64,000 nucleotides of DNA from Octopus sinensis (Eukaryota): the NCBI RefSeq assembly GCF_006345805.1, contig NC_043003.1:41664001-41728000 (forward strand). The letters are read 5' to 3'. Position 1 is the first letter of the stretch, and every line of letters begins with the position of its first letter. Both the position numbers and the translations under genes were made by a program. Shown piece by piece: positions 12,542-23,899 of this stretch. The notes below the pieces were generated by a model, which did no database searches, had not been told where the DNA came from, and was given only the letters and a program-made list of their open reading frames with translations.

Positions 12542-13035
12542 CAAATGTCACTAAATCGACTAGGGTATTAGACAATAACTATATTACTAGAAATAATAGC
12601 TAAAACACTCTAATGCTGTATTTAACGCACATGAATGAAAACATATACACTAATAGGGAACATGATAGTCCGAAAAGTGCATATCGAGAATGCTTAATAC
12701 TGACGCATCAGTTTCGGCAATTTCCGTCGCATCATCAGTTAAGCCAGCTTGGCTACGGCTCTTTTCGGACCTGCTTCATCATTAGTATTTATGTTTTCGT
12801 CATCCAAATAATTGGACGGTTTAGCGATGTACTAATGTGTTTATATAGAATTATTATGAACAGCAGTTTGCAATGTTTCACCAAAAAGTAGAATTACAAA
12901 TGACACTAAATGCAACTAGGGTGTTAGGCAACACCTACATTCCTTGAAATAGGAGCTAAAAAGCTCTAATGCTATTGTTAACGCACATGAATAATAACAT
13001 ATACACTAGCAGGGGCTGTATTCGTCCGAAAAGTG
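12542..13035 (-). mobile_element. Hammerhead-bearing repeat with 355-nt period (retrozyme-like or Penelope pseudo-LTR-like)
   Basis: Direct repeats 12542-12679 and 12897-13035 (about 80% identical, almost gap-free, offset 355) flank a spacer that ends in a hammerhead motif. The element ends in a TA/TG microsatellite on the minus strand. Confidence 0.5.
12692..12744 (-). ncRNA. Type I hammerhead ribozyme motif
   Basis: Minus strand: GCUUAA CUGAUGA U GCGACGGAAAUUGCC GAA ACUGA UGCG UCAGU A^UUAAGC. Intact core, perfect 6-bp stem I, perfect 5-bp stem III and a GUA cleavage triplet; stem II is imperfect. Confidence 0.75.
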
Positions 13036-14568
13036 AATCTTGTTTGTTTGAAGTGTTAACATACAACTCCCCACTCTCCTCAATATATCCCAGTTCACTG
13101 AAATCACGTCTCTTTCCCACGAAAAATATTTCAGTAAGACTAATTTTTTCCGAATTGTATCCAAACGATTTGCCTTCGGTACCAATCATTTATTTCCTAA
13201 TATAAAAATATAATGATAAAATGATTACGTTTGGGCAATATTTTTAATTATTTTCCCAGTCCCTACATAATATTTTTTTCAAGCTGCTAACATTCCCTTA
13301 GAATCTGTCGAGAAAATCACTTTGAAACTCAACAAATATCACTATAAACAGCATTAAAGTCAAACCAATATATCATTTGCCAATTTGCAGACAATCGGAA
13401 GAACGAATCGGAAGAAGAATTTCTTCTTGTTCATTTGCACTGCGGGAGAAAGGAATCAACTCTTTCGCTCGGGTGTACAAAGTAAAACGATACAAACACA
13501 AATGCGCGCGCGCACACACAAACACACACACTCACACGCAAACACACACACACACACACACTTACTCACACTCACTCACATACTCACACGCAAACACACA
13601 CACACCACACACACATTCACTCACAAACACACACAAGCACTTGGAATGGTGAACTTCGGAAGGCCTTTCCCCATAAATCTCAACCAGTGCCGACCTTGAG
13701 CTAACCAACCCCGTTTGCTAATTGTGATATAAACAAGATTATCTTTAGGATATTACTAGATAATAACAGGGTATTGTTATTGCAGTGAATCTACTGTAAT
13801 TAAAGGGTGATTAATTCGTAATTAAATATTTTGAATACAGATATTATCGAATAAATATGAATAATGGACTCTATATTGGCAATTATAATGAAATTCGCAT
13901 TTTACATTGTCTACAAACATTAGAGGAACTGCGCGTGTTAAATGACGCAATGTCCCTTTGGTATATATTTAAATTACCAATATTTTCCCGCTTTCTTTTT
14001 TGTAAGGCAACATAAGATATAACGTAAATATTAGATAGAAAATGTGTGTTGGTAACCGAAAGTTTTCGAGATCAGTATTTGGAAAGCTAAAATACCATTA
14101 ATGTAAATTTTTGAGGAAAATGGGGAAAACCTATTAGAATAGTTTTTCTGAGAATGTGCCAAATATAGGAAAACAATGAAGTAGAAAACACGAAAATATT
14201 TTTTAAAAGATCTTCGATTGTAAATGGTTGTAACTGTTTATCTATCTGTATTTCAGTTTCACTAATTAACTTGGTCGTCGGTAGATTATTGTGATCATTT
14301 TCTTTTCTCTGCCAGCATACAAATGAAAGAGTATTTACGAAACTAAGAAAATGTTTTACCATAACTGTAACAAAGCTATACCTATCTCTAATTGCTTGTA
14401 AGTACCGCTGAAACAAAATCTACTAGACTGAGCATTAGTATTGAGTCCCGTCCTTGAATTCCTCTCAGAGTCACCTTTATCTTTTAATTCATTTTGTATT
14501 TGGATGATGACTTGGCATATCTTCGAGAAGTTGTTAAAATGTGTGTATGTATGTATATATATGCATAT

Positions 14569-14644
<76 letters not shown>

Positions 14645-14760
14645 TGTGTATGCGTGCGTGCGACCGCGTGGGTGTATGTATGTATATACATATATATAAT
14701 ATATATATATATATATAAATGATAAATATCAAAGTGAGTTATATACAGTAGCGGTAACAC

Positions 14761-15055
14761 ATCGTGACGTATTTTTGCCATTTCAATATGGCTAACCCCT
14801 AAGGGTGGATGCTACTGTAGTTTTTAGCCCCAGGAGGACACACTCCTCCAGCTGGCCATAGACACACTATCTGTGTCCTGTCAGTATTTGCAAAGGGAAG
14901 TTGAAGACGGGAAGGATGACTTCCCTTTGCAAATACTGACAAGACACAGATAGTGTGTCTATGGCCAGCTGGAGGAGTGTGTCCTCCTGGGGCTAAAAAC
15001 TACAGTAGCATCCACCCTTAGGGGTTAGCCATATTGAAATGGCAAAAATACGTCA

Positions 15056-15059
<4 letters not shown>
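14761..15059. repeat. Near-perfect palindrome: 141-bp arms, 17-nt loop, 1 mismatch
   Basis: 14761-14901 is the reverse complement of 14919-15059 except at 14878/14942. Confidence 0.95.
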
Positions 15060-15093
<34 letters not shown>

Positions 15094-15149
15094 ATATATA
15101 TATATATATATTATATATATATATATATTATATATATATATATACATAC

Positions 15150-15224
<75 letters not shown>
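15058..15224. repeat. Long (TA)n microsatellite
   Basis: Direct inspection. Confidence 0.95.
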
Positions 15225-15225
<1 letters not shown>

Positions 15226-15227
15226 CA

Positions 15228-15620
15228 AGTTTATTGCACCCTTTGTAGCGTTATCGATACCTGTAGAGCATTGGTTTTTGGTTTATTTCTCTTCCTCGGC
15301 ACTGGACAATCGCCGGCTAGAGAAGGCACCCACTTGACCTTGCTCACTGTATATACTTTTACAGTGACACACACACATAAAGAGATTCGTGTTGGCAAAT
15401 AGACGTTACTGTTCAGTACTGTTACTTCGTATTACTCGCTCAGTGATGTGAAACTTGTCTTTCTCTTTACGAGATCAGTGTTGCTTTGAATGTATATACT
15501 GTGAGCAAGGTCGAGTGGCTGCCATTTCTTGCTAGTGGTTGTCCAGTACAGACGAACGGAAATAACCCAGAAACCATTGCTCTACCGGTATCGCTAACGC
15601 TAGAAAGGGAACAGTAAACT
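15228..15620. repeat. Diverged gap-free inverted repeat 15228-15364 / 15484-15620 (137 bp, ~80%)
   Basis: Manual alignment gives about 27 substitutions and no indels. Could be the TIRs of an old MITE or an old inverted duplication. Confidence 0.85.
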
Positions 15621-16201
15621 CCCATGATCCACAGTGTACGGACAAAGACCACGTTTGGGTAGACAGCTAGAAAAATATGCTTTCCTGAGGCTAAAATTAG
15701 TAGCATTGTCCTATGTAGGACTGCCACATTGTGTTGGCAGACAGATTTTAACACACACACACATACACACATACACACACAAACACACACATTACTTTAA
15801 AAATGAAGTTCAATCTTGCTTACTTGCTTGCTTGCAAGTTTATACAGCCAAACTGGCGTATAATGAGAAAATACTTTAAAAGTAAAATGCTCCTGAATTG
15901 TGAATATGAACAGAATAAAACAAGTTTCACGTTAATCAGACAAGTAGATATTGAGATATTCGGGGTTTTGAGGTATGAAAACCAAAAACGGTGCATAATG
16001 GGAAAATAACCAGAAAATAACTTAACACCGAAAGGAAAGAAACTCTAAACTTTCCATTAGACACGTTATGAAGGGCAAAATATTTAAAGTGAAAATGACC
16101 ATAAAAATACGATAAATATTACGTAAAAGACTCGTTCGTAACCTCGGTGTGAAATAAGTTTTTTCCATGGATTTCTTTCGAGTGCATTAAACGTATCTTA
16201 C

Positions 16202-16376
16202 CTCCAAAGATTTGGCTGCTATTTCTAGCACGCCCTCCTATCATGTAACAGCTATTTGCGATTAAGAACCCGAAATACTTGTTACGTGGTAGCAGGCCGT
16301 GCAAGAAATAGCAGCTTTCTTTTTCTGTGGAAAGGAGCCGTTTACGCGTGATTTCGATGTCACATTCGTCGAAAGC
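16202..16376 (-). other. Candidate 175-nt exon of an unknown gene
   Basis: Acceptor tttcctttcccacgttatttcgcag| and donor GAG|GTAAGA. One open frame (AFDECDIEITRKRLLSTEKESCYFLHGLLPRNKYFGFLIANSCYMIGGRARNSSQIFG) with no recognised homology. Confidence 0.3.
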
Positions 16377-16486
16377 CTGCGAAATAACGTGGGAAAGGAA
16401 AAAAAATACCCATGAAACAAAATTCCATGCTGAGAATCTCAGACTTCCCCAGCGACCCAAGAAGACATGGTTAGTCTAGTCTAGTT

Positions 16487-16575
<89 letters not shown>

Positions 16576-16579
16576 CCTC

Positions 16580-16790
16580 ATGTGTACCGTTGGCGATTTT
16601 TTTCCTCTGTCTTCCCTTCTCTGGATCTTTCCTTCTCCTATGTTTCCGACGAAGAGCTCCGCTCGAAACGTAAAAACCCTCCTTCTTCCCTTCTTTCCTG
16701 AGCGTCCAATAATACTATATTTGTTCCACGTCCTCACGTTGTTGTGTTTTTTTTGTGTTTTCTTGTTTGGATTAACTTTATATATATATA
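16580..16790 (+). mobile_element. Penelope-like element 3' end / pseudo-LTR fragment
   Basis: Pyrimidine-rich segment containing a minimal hammerhead; similar to 32690-32860. Confidence 0.6.
16642..16677 (+). ncRNA. Minimal (Penelope-type) type I hammerhead motif, U4C variant
   Basis: GUUU CCGACGA A GAGC UCC GCUC GAAAC GUA AAAAC: 4-bp stem II and a loopless palindromic stem III (ACGU), as in dimer-requiring PLE hammerheads. Confidence 0.55.
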
Positions 16791-16792
16791 TA

Positions 16793-16914
<122 letters not shown>

Positions 16915-17039
16915 ATATTTATCTTTTTTCACTTTGCGTCAACAAAATCCACTGATAAGGTGTTGGAGTTGGTCACTACGAAACTATAGTAGAATATACT
17001 TGCCATATTTGTTGCACGATAAGATTGAACACAAAGCCA

Positions 17040-17190
17040 CTTGATTGAACACAAATCCCCTATCAGATTCACACACTTATTGCAGCGTTCTTTCAGTTTT
17101 TCTAAGCCCTGTAAAAGAACTCGGAGTGTTCGGTTTCATCCAGGTCTTTCGTTATACCATTAAAGCCAGGAACTCTTCAGCGGACCTCGT
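17040..17190 (-). mobile_element. Mariner transposase 3'-end remnant
   Basis: Minus strand resembles FFYRGLEKLKERCNKCVNL.G.YV, the typical mariner C-terminus, with frameshifts. Confidence 0.55.
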
Positions 17191-17779
17191 ATACATAATA
17201 TATGTGTGTGTGTGTGTGTGTGTGTATATACATACATGCACACACACGCATTCATATACATACATATATATATTCCTTTAATATATATATATATATATAT
17301 ATATACGTGCAGACACACACACACATATCATTGTAGCTCTGGAAATATTAAAGCACTTGAAAATTTATTAGCAAAAGGAGATATCAAAATTTCAATCTCC
17401 AATTATATTTAATAAATCTTGACGTTTATGCTTAAATCAGAAAGATTTACAGGACATTGTTCTTTTGCGTTATCTCTTTACTGTTATGGTTAGCATCGCG
17501 CTAACAACTGGAGCACTGCATTTGGAGTCAATTATATTGATTCTTTTTATATTTAGTCCTGTAATTGTATAATCTCCGTAAATTTTGTTACATCATTGCT
17601 TCGTTGGTAGTTCAGTATTGATGACATAAACACGCAGAGATGTACAGATACGCGCGCACATGCCCACATGTACCCAGTTATATCCATCTATCTACTATCA
17701 AATATTACAGAAAAATCAATGGCTTCTATGATAACAAATCTAACATTTCTCAGCCTTCTTCGTATTACGATTTCTTCAA

Positions 17780-18110
17780 CGTAAATTACCAAAAATACCC
17801 GTCTTGTAACCTCGATGTGTATAGTATTGAAACTGTTTTCGTACAAATGATCAAGAAAGTAATAATCTCACATCAAACTAACTCCCTCCAAATTGATCTT
17901 TCCCAGACTGTTTCCAGGATCAAAAAGTTGCTGCGTGTTCATGTATTTTCCGACAAAAACAGGAGATTGCACACTTTCCCTATCAATATGTATATCAACT
18001 TCGTCATTAAAGAAGTAAATGGGAGTTATAAACATGCTAAGTGGAAGTACTTTAACATATCGATGACCAGCATTATTAGTCGGGTGAGTCCCTTGGAATA
18101 CACAATCGAA
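17780..18110 (+). mobile_element. Highly decayed LINE (RTE-like) reverse transcriptase remnant
   Basis: Across frameshifts: (Q)GDCTLS-P-INMYINFVIKEV (QGxxLSPxLFNxY-like) and GAT GAC CA GCA TTA TTA (DDxALL-like). This would explain the 162-aa ORF at 17640. Confidence 0.35.
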
Positions 18111-21100
18111 CTGAACTCTACACTTTAACCTCCCCACACTTCACCCTAAAAGGCTATAAGACGATTTAGTGTAATAGATTTTCTATCATGCTTACGTACC
18201 CCATATAATTTTATATTAACTGAATTAGAAAATGCATTATAGACTGGATTATCCCGATAGTAAAAGGTAAGGTTAAAATTCAACTTAGGAACAGCATTGA
18301 TTCCACCCAAGCACTCGCACACACACACACACATATATGTAGCTATATATCTAGTAGAGATCAAATTATTCATTATAGACAAATATAAATGGTAAACCGC
18401 AAACCGTAGCAATTTTTACTAATTGTGCTATCAGATAAAGAAGCCTGTACATTGGTAATTGTTCTACTAGAAATGAAGCTTATTTTCGTTTTAGAATGAT
18501 AGTAGATAATAGTATGCAATTACAAAATAGATCGCCGATTTTACTCTTTCAAATGGACATAATTAATATTGTGTTTATTTAATCGTATATTACAAGATTT
18601 GAATATTTTCCCCGTTGTCTACAATTTTGTCACTGACACTGTTCAACGATATTTCACATTTCAAAATTTACATTTCTACTCAAATGCACGGGCAAGAGAA
18701 ATACGTCAAAAATTAAATATAATAGGCAATGAAGGATAAAAATGATGTTATTTGCAGTTTCTGTTATTTAATAAATAGAATTACTGACAACCTACATATA
18801 TCGTTCACAGTAAAATGTAAATATGATCTGAGCTTTCATTCTTTATATTAAGATAATTATAGAGGAAAGATAAACGTCGTAGTTATAATTAAAATAAATG
18901 AGTTTTAAGGTTATGCAGATGACCTCGAAATTTTATATGTATGTATGTGTGTACGTGTATCGGTGCTTTATTTTTATTATTAAAACAGAAGCTGAGATTT
19001 TGTTTCGCATCACTGCCATCAATAGCCGAAGGGGTAATCTGAGTTACGTGGAGCTCTTCTTACGAAACAAACTCTCAGGTTCGGTTTTGTTAAAAACAGC
19101 GTCCTCTACAGTATGCAGTGAACATTCCTCCGACACAAAATACTTACGTACACACACACACACACACACGCTCACATACACACAGACATATATAGGCAAA
19201 CGCACACTAGCACACACACTCATGCACACACAGACATACAGACACGGACAAACACACACAACAAAATACTATATGCATATATTCAAGTTGCAAATGGGTG
19301 TGTATCACAAGTGCACCGACTATGAAGAAATGAGTAGGATGTGTATGCATCTCTGTACAGGAGAGGTTTTGTATAAAGTCATTATACCTGTGCAAAAATG
19401 AATGCTATGTACAATGCCAAAATGGAATTGTAGTAGCTGTAGATTCAAAGTTGTTGCATCTTACTAGAAATGCATCTAATGTAGATGTATGCATTTAATT
19501 TGTCTTCAAAGTGGAGAGATGAAAGTTTAATTACTATAAGAAAGGCTTCGACAATTAGTGTACATATTTTCTTATGAAAATCCAGTGTATGCGAGATACT
19601 TCTAAGAATTCCTCGAGCACACATTCATTGTAATTACTATGTGACCTCGATAAATCCTCACCTCGGCTATTGGATATTATGACCATTTCACTGCGGCATT
19701 TAGGCCAACATAAGAATATTGCATCGGAGTGATTTCATAGCTTGTTAGCACTTCTAGCCATCCTTAATATGTGATGATGTTTTATAGCTGGTCTGCTTTC
19801 CCATCGCTGCTATAACCGAACTATAAACCACTGGCAATATGACTACACAATTAATACATCTATATACCGTTCTATTGGCTATGGTACGACACTTGAATGA
19901 CCTTAAATAACGTTTCTCCTTAATATTGTAAAAAGTAACGAAACAAGATCAGCTGTTGGCGCAATTACTAGGCTAACTTGATGTATAAAATAGTTACTTA
20001 TGTATTGTGCTTCAAATATACCCAAGTAGTTGAGCGAAATGATGCACTAGTTGAATGGTCGGAGTAAGTTGGTTACTGTTATTTCTTGCTATTGCTTTGA
20101 AATCTACGTCTGCTACTAACAAATCAAACACTCTAGACATACATCGTCATCAAACATCCTGTCCATAGGCCAATTCAAGACTGAAATTTTGCTTTCACGA
20201 ATACAACACAAATATCAATTATTAAACAGTATGCGATACTCGTAGCAAAATAAAGTGTTAAAATATTCGTCATAAATTAGAAATTCAAATTAAGAATTTT
20301 CCATTTCGTACTAATTTTATTGTGAAGTTGTAATGGCTCCCATGTGATACGTATCGCAATACCGTTCAAACCATCGGACGCCGAATCATAGTTTTCATAC
20401 AAAGTAAACGGGGAGACCAACCAGGTCTTGGTAAGATTTCCACTTCAAAATTTACTTTTGATAACACAGAAAATGAAAAATATATAATACGTATATACAT
20501 GGTGCGCTTGTGTATATGTCAAGTGTACGTTCATTCATATATAACACACACACAGACACAAACACGCGCATATATATATATAAATATATATATGGAATTC
20601 CTGTGCAAACATATTCAGTAAATATGCTCTGTGCATTGAACACATAATCAATTTGCAATTTGCATCGAGCCGCCAACTACATGTGGTTTCACGACAGCCT
20701 ATATTCAGAAAATATAATTACTTGACCGCCTGCAGTCGCATTGTAACCGTGCTGGTTTTTTCAGGGTTTGTGGCACAAAATCTCTGAATCCGTATCTTAT
20801 GCTACTCATCTAATATAGATACCTAAAATAAATGAATATATGTATATGTGTGTGTGCCTGTGTGTATGTGTGTGTGTGTATGTGTGTGTGTGTGTCCGTG
20901 CACGTGCGTGCGCGTATTTGTATGCGCATACATCCATATAAATTCATTTGATGTTCATTTCCGGTTTGTGATATAAAAAGAACATCAACATCGCATAACT
21001 AGGATAGATTTGGGCTAATAATGACTCAGACCATATATAAGTTTACTCCACCAACTGGGCTAATATTTTAAATAATTGTTTTCAAACATCATAATGCACA

Positions 21101-21479
21101 AACGAACGGTGTTATTGATTAATGATACGTATCAAAATTTCGGCGGTTTGTTTTGTATTTTTCTATTTTGTTTTTAATTAATTAGATCGTTTTGAATATT
21201 GTGTATTTATTCTATGATTTCTTCGGAACAATATTGAATATGATTGCACAATAATATGTGTAAGTGTGCTTGTGGCTTGTGTCTGTAGATATATGCATAC
21301 ACGCACACACACACACACTCTGTCTCTCTCTCTCACACACACACGCACAGACACACATAAATGTCTACCCGTTCTCTCCGTCTCTCTCTCTATACATTTT
21401 ATAGATATACATATATTTAAATCTATCTATCTACCTCTCTATCTATCTAGTTAGCTAGCTAGCTTGCTAGCTATAATAG

Positions 21480-22630
21480 TGTTATATTATGAGACCCTCG
21501 TACACTTCTATGTTATTGTCGGTACTGTAATATTCTTATCGTCACTATTATGTTGTGACGGTATTTCACGTCCTATTATCTTCCACTCGTCTATCGTGCC
21601 ATTTCTGAGAGCTTCGCAAGATGATGACTTTAAAACGTCTACCTTGACGGTAACTCGAACTCGTAACTGACACTGACTCGTGCAACGACCCTAATACTAC
21701 TGACCTACAACGACTGACTGAATGACCTTATAGTGGTCCCTCATACCACTTTGTCACGTAGGAAGGTGAGTACAATTTTCACTTCCTTTTTCTTCCACTT
21801 ATACGGTTGACTTCAACCACGTGTAACAGTGTTAATGCCTGAAATGTGTCATACAGCCATTCCAAAGTTTCTTCTTATCGTTCTTGTTCATTTTCTATGA
21901 GTCTGTTCTTCAATTGCGTTTTGTGTCTTTTTCAATACCTTTTCTGCTTTTAATTCCGTGCATCATTTTCCCTATGTACTTGTAATTTTGCCTTCTTCTT
22001 AGTATTGTTTTCCGTTTTTATACGACCTCATGCATACCTTATCACCAATTCTAATTTTTTTACTCTCTTTCCTAGTATTTTTTCTTTCCTCACCAGGTAA
22101 CATTTTATCAAAAACTGATTTCACCTTTTTCGCGAACATCAGTTCCGTTGGTGAGCGTTCTGCTGGTGTATTGGGGTTCGGGGTCACCATGTATACACTT
22201 AGGAGTTGCTGCAGATCGACTTCTTCTATGACTTCCTTGCTTACTTTTCTCAAAGCTCTTTCGAAAATGTCCACAGGACGCTTTCACTGTCCATTTGTTC
22301 TGGGATGGTAAGGCGCCATCATTTTATGTACTACCGTGAACATTTCGGAGAATATTCTAAATTCACTGTTCATGAATTGTGTTCCATTGTCAAATACAAT
22401 CACGTCTAGGACACCAAATCTTGCCAATAATTTGTGGAAAACATTTATTACTGTTTCGGAGGTTGGTCTTTTACAATTTCCAATTCGTATATAACACGTA
22501 ACTGACTCCAACTGAGAACTCGTACAACGACTCTAATAGCACTTACCTACTACAACGACTGACTCTCTGCCCTTATAGTGGCCTGTCACACCATTTTGTC
22601 ACTGTTGTAGGGGAGTACAATTTTCACTAC
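21480..22630 (-). mobile_element. Deleted Ty3/Gypsy LTR retrotransposon: two LTR remnants around an integrase fragment
   Basis: Integrase motifs IVFDNGTQF...APYHPRTNGQ and ERSPTELMF (ORFs 22284-22511 and 21999-22274). Direct repeats at 21665-21783 and 22501-22628. Polypurine tract GGAAGAAAAAGGA (minus, 21784-21796) next to the 3' LTR, which ends ...AACA at 21480. Confidence 0.85.
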
Positions 22631-22728
22631 GAAATATATGTATATATATGCAGAAATATATTGAAATACATACATGTGTATATATACATATATATATATA
22701 CAGAAATATGTAGAAATACATACATGTA

Positions 22729-22788
<60 letters not shown>

Positions 22789-22879
22789 CAGCGGCTTCAA
22801 ACTCCTTTGTAGCTCATTCAGCGGTGGTGCCCCAGCATGGCCGCAGCCTTCGGGCTCAAACATTTTTAAGGATTTAAGG

Positions 22880-22933
<54 letters not shown>

Positions 22934-23899
22934 ATATATATGTATGCAAATGTATATATGTATACACACACACAGACACACACAAACATATGTTGTATAT
23001 GAAGCGGTAAACGATTAATTTCGAATGTATTCATATTTCAGAGTTTCAAACTTATTTATAACTCTGCTCATCATCCAAAAATTTTTTATACAAATATTTT
23101 GTTATTTAAAAGTTGTGGACAAATTTGTTAGGTCACATTATCCGTAACAATCTATCTCTTCTCGTGCATTCACATTGTTCTCGGCTGATATTTCTCACGA
23201 GAAACTATGATATAGTGGCTATTGTGATAAACTTTCCTCATGCGTGGCAGATGTTTGAAACAAGAATCAGTTTCTTGACAAGGCTCTTTTCCTAAAATTA
23301 ATCTTGTGACGTTCGCATTTTTTTCTACATAATTGTATTTTTAAGTGGTTTGTGTCAGTAAATGTGCGGCTTCGCTGGTGGCGCTGACGGAGAAATTTTT
23401 TGTGTGTTGGTGCAGAAGGCTGGTGTTTTACTACAATACATTTTGTCCCGGTACATGATATACCTGTCTGTATATTTGTCTTCGAGGAAACAGGCAATTT
23501 CATGTAGTCCCTCCACCTTGTTATTGTAATCCAAGGAAATACGTGCATAATGGATGCGTAGAGCGACGGAAAATTTCTTCACAAACTCATGTCGATTACA
23601 GGTAGGATTTTAAAATATTTTCGCCAATTAAAATAAGTGAATCAAGAACGAATAGTAACAAACTCTATCTAGGCCCTATTGCATTGACAATAACATCATG
23701 GATAACTATCAAAACCTAACTGTATCAAAACCTAACTGTCCGAAACGTTAGTCTATCGGCAAAAACGATTAATGATTTTCTTTATATTAATTATGAGGAG
23801 AGAGTGAATGTGTTTTAATAAATTTTTTTTAATGTTTTATAATAGTGATTTTACCAAATCATTCTTTTACTTTAAATACGTAAGAGATTGAGACTAAAA

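Noticed and set aside
17640-18128. 162-aa plus-strand ORF as a host gene
   Set aside because: It begins in simple-repeat sequence, and the recognisable parts look like frameshifted LINE RT motifs.
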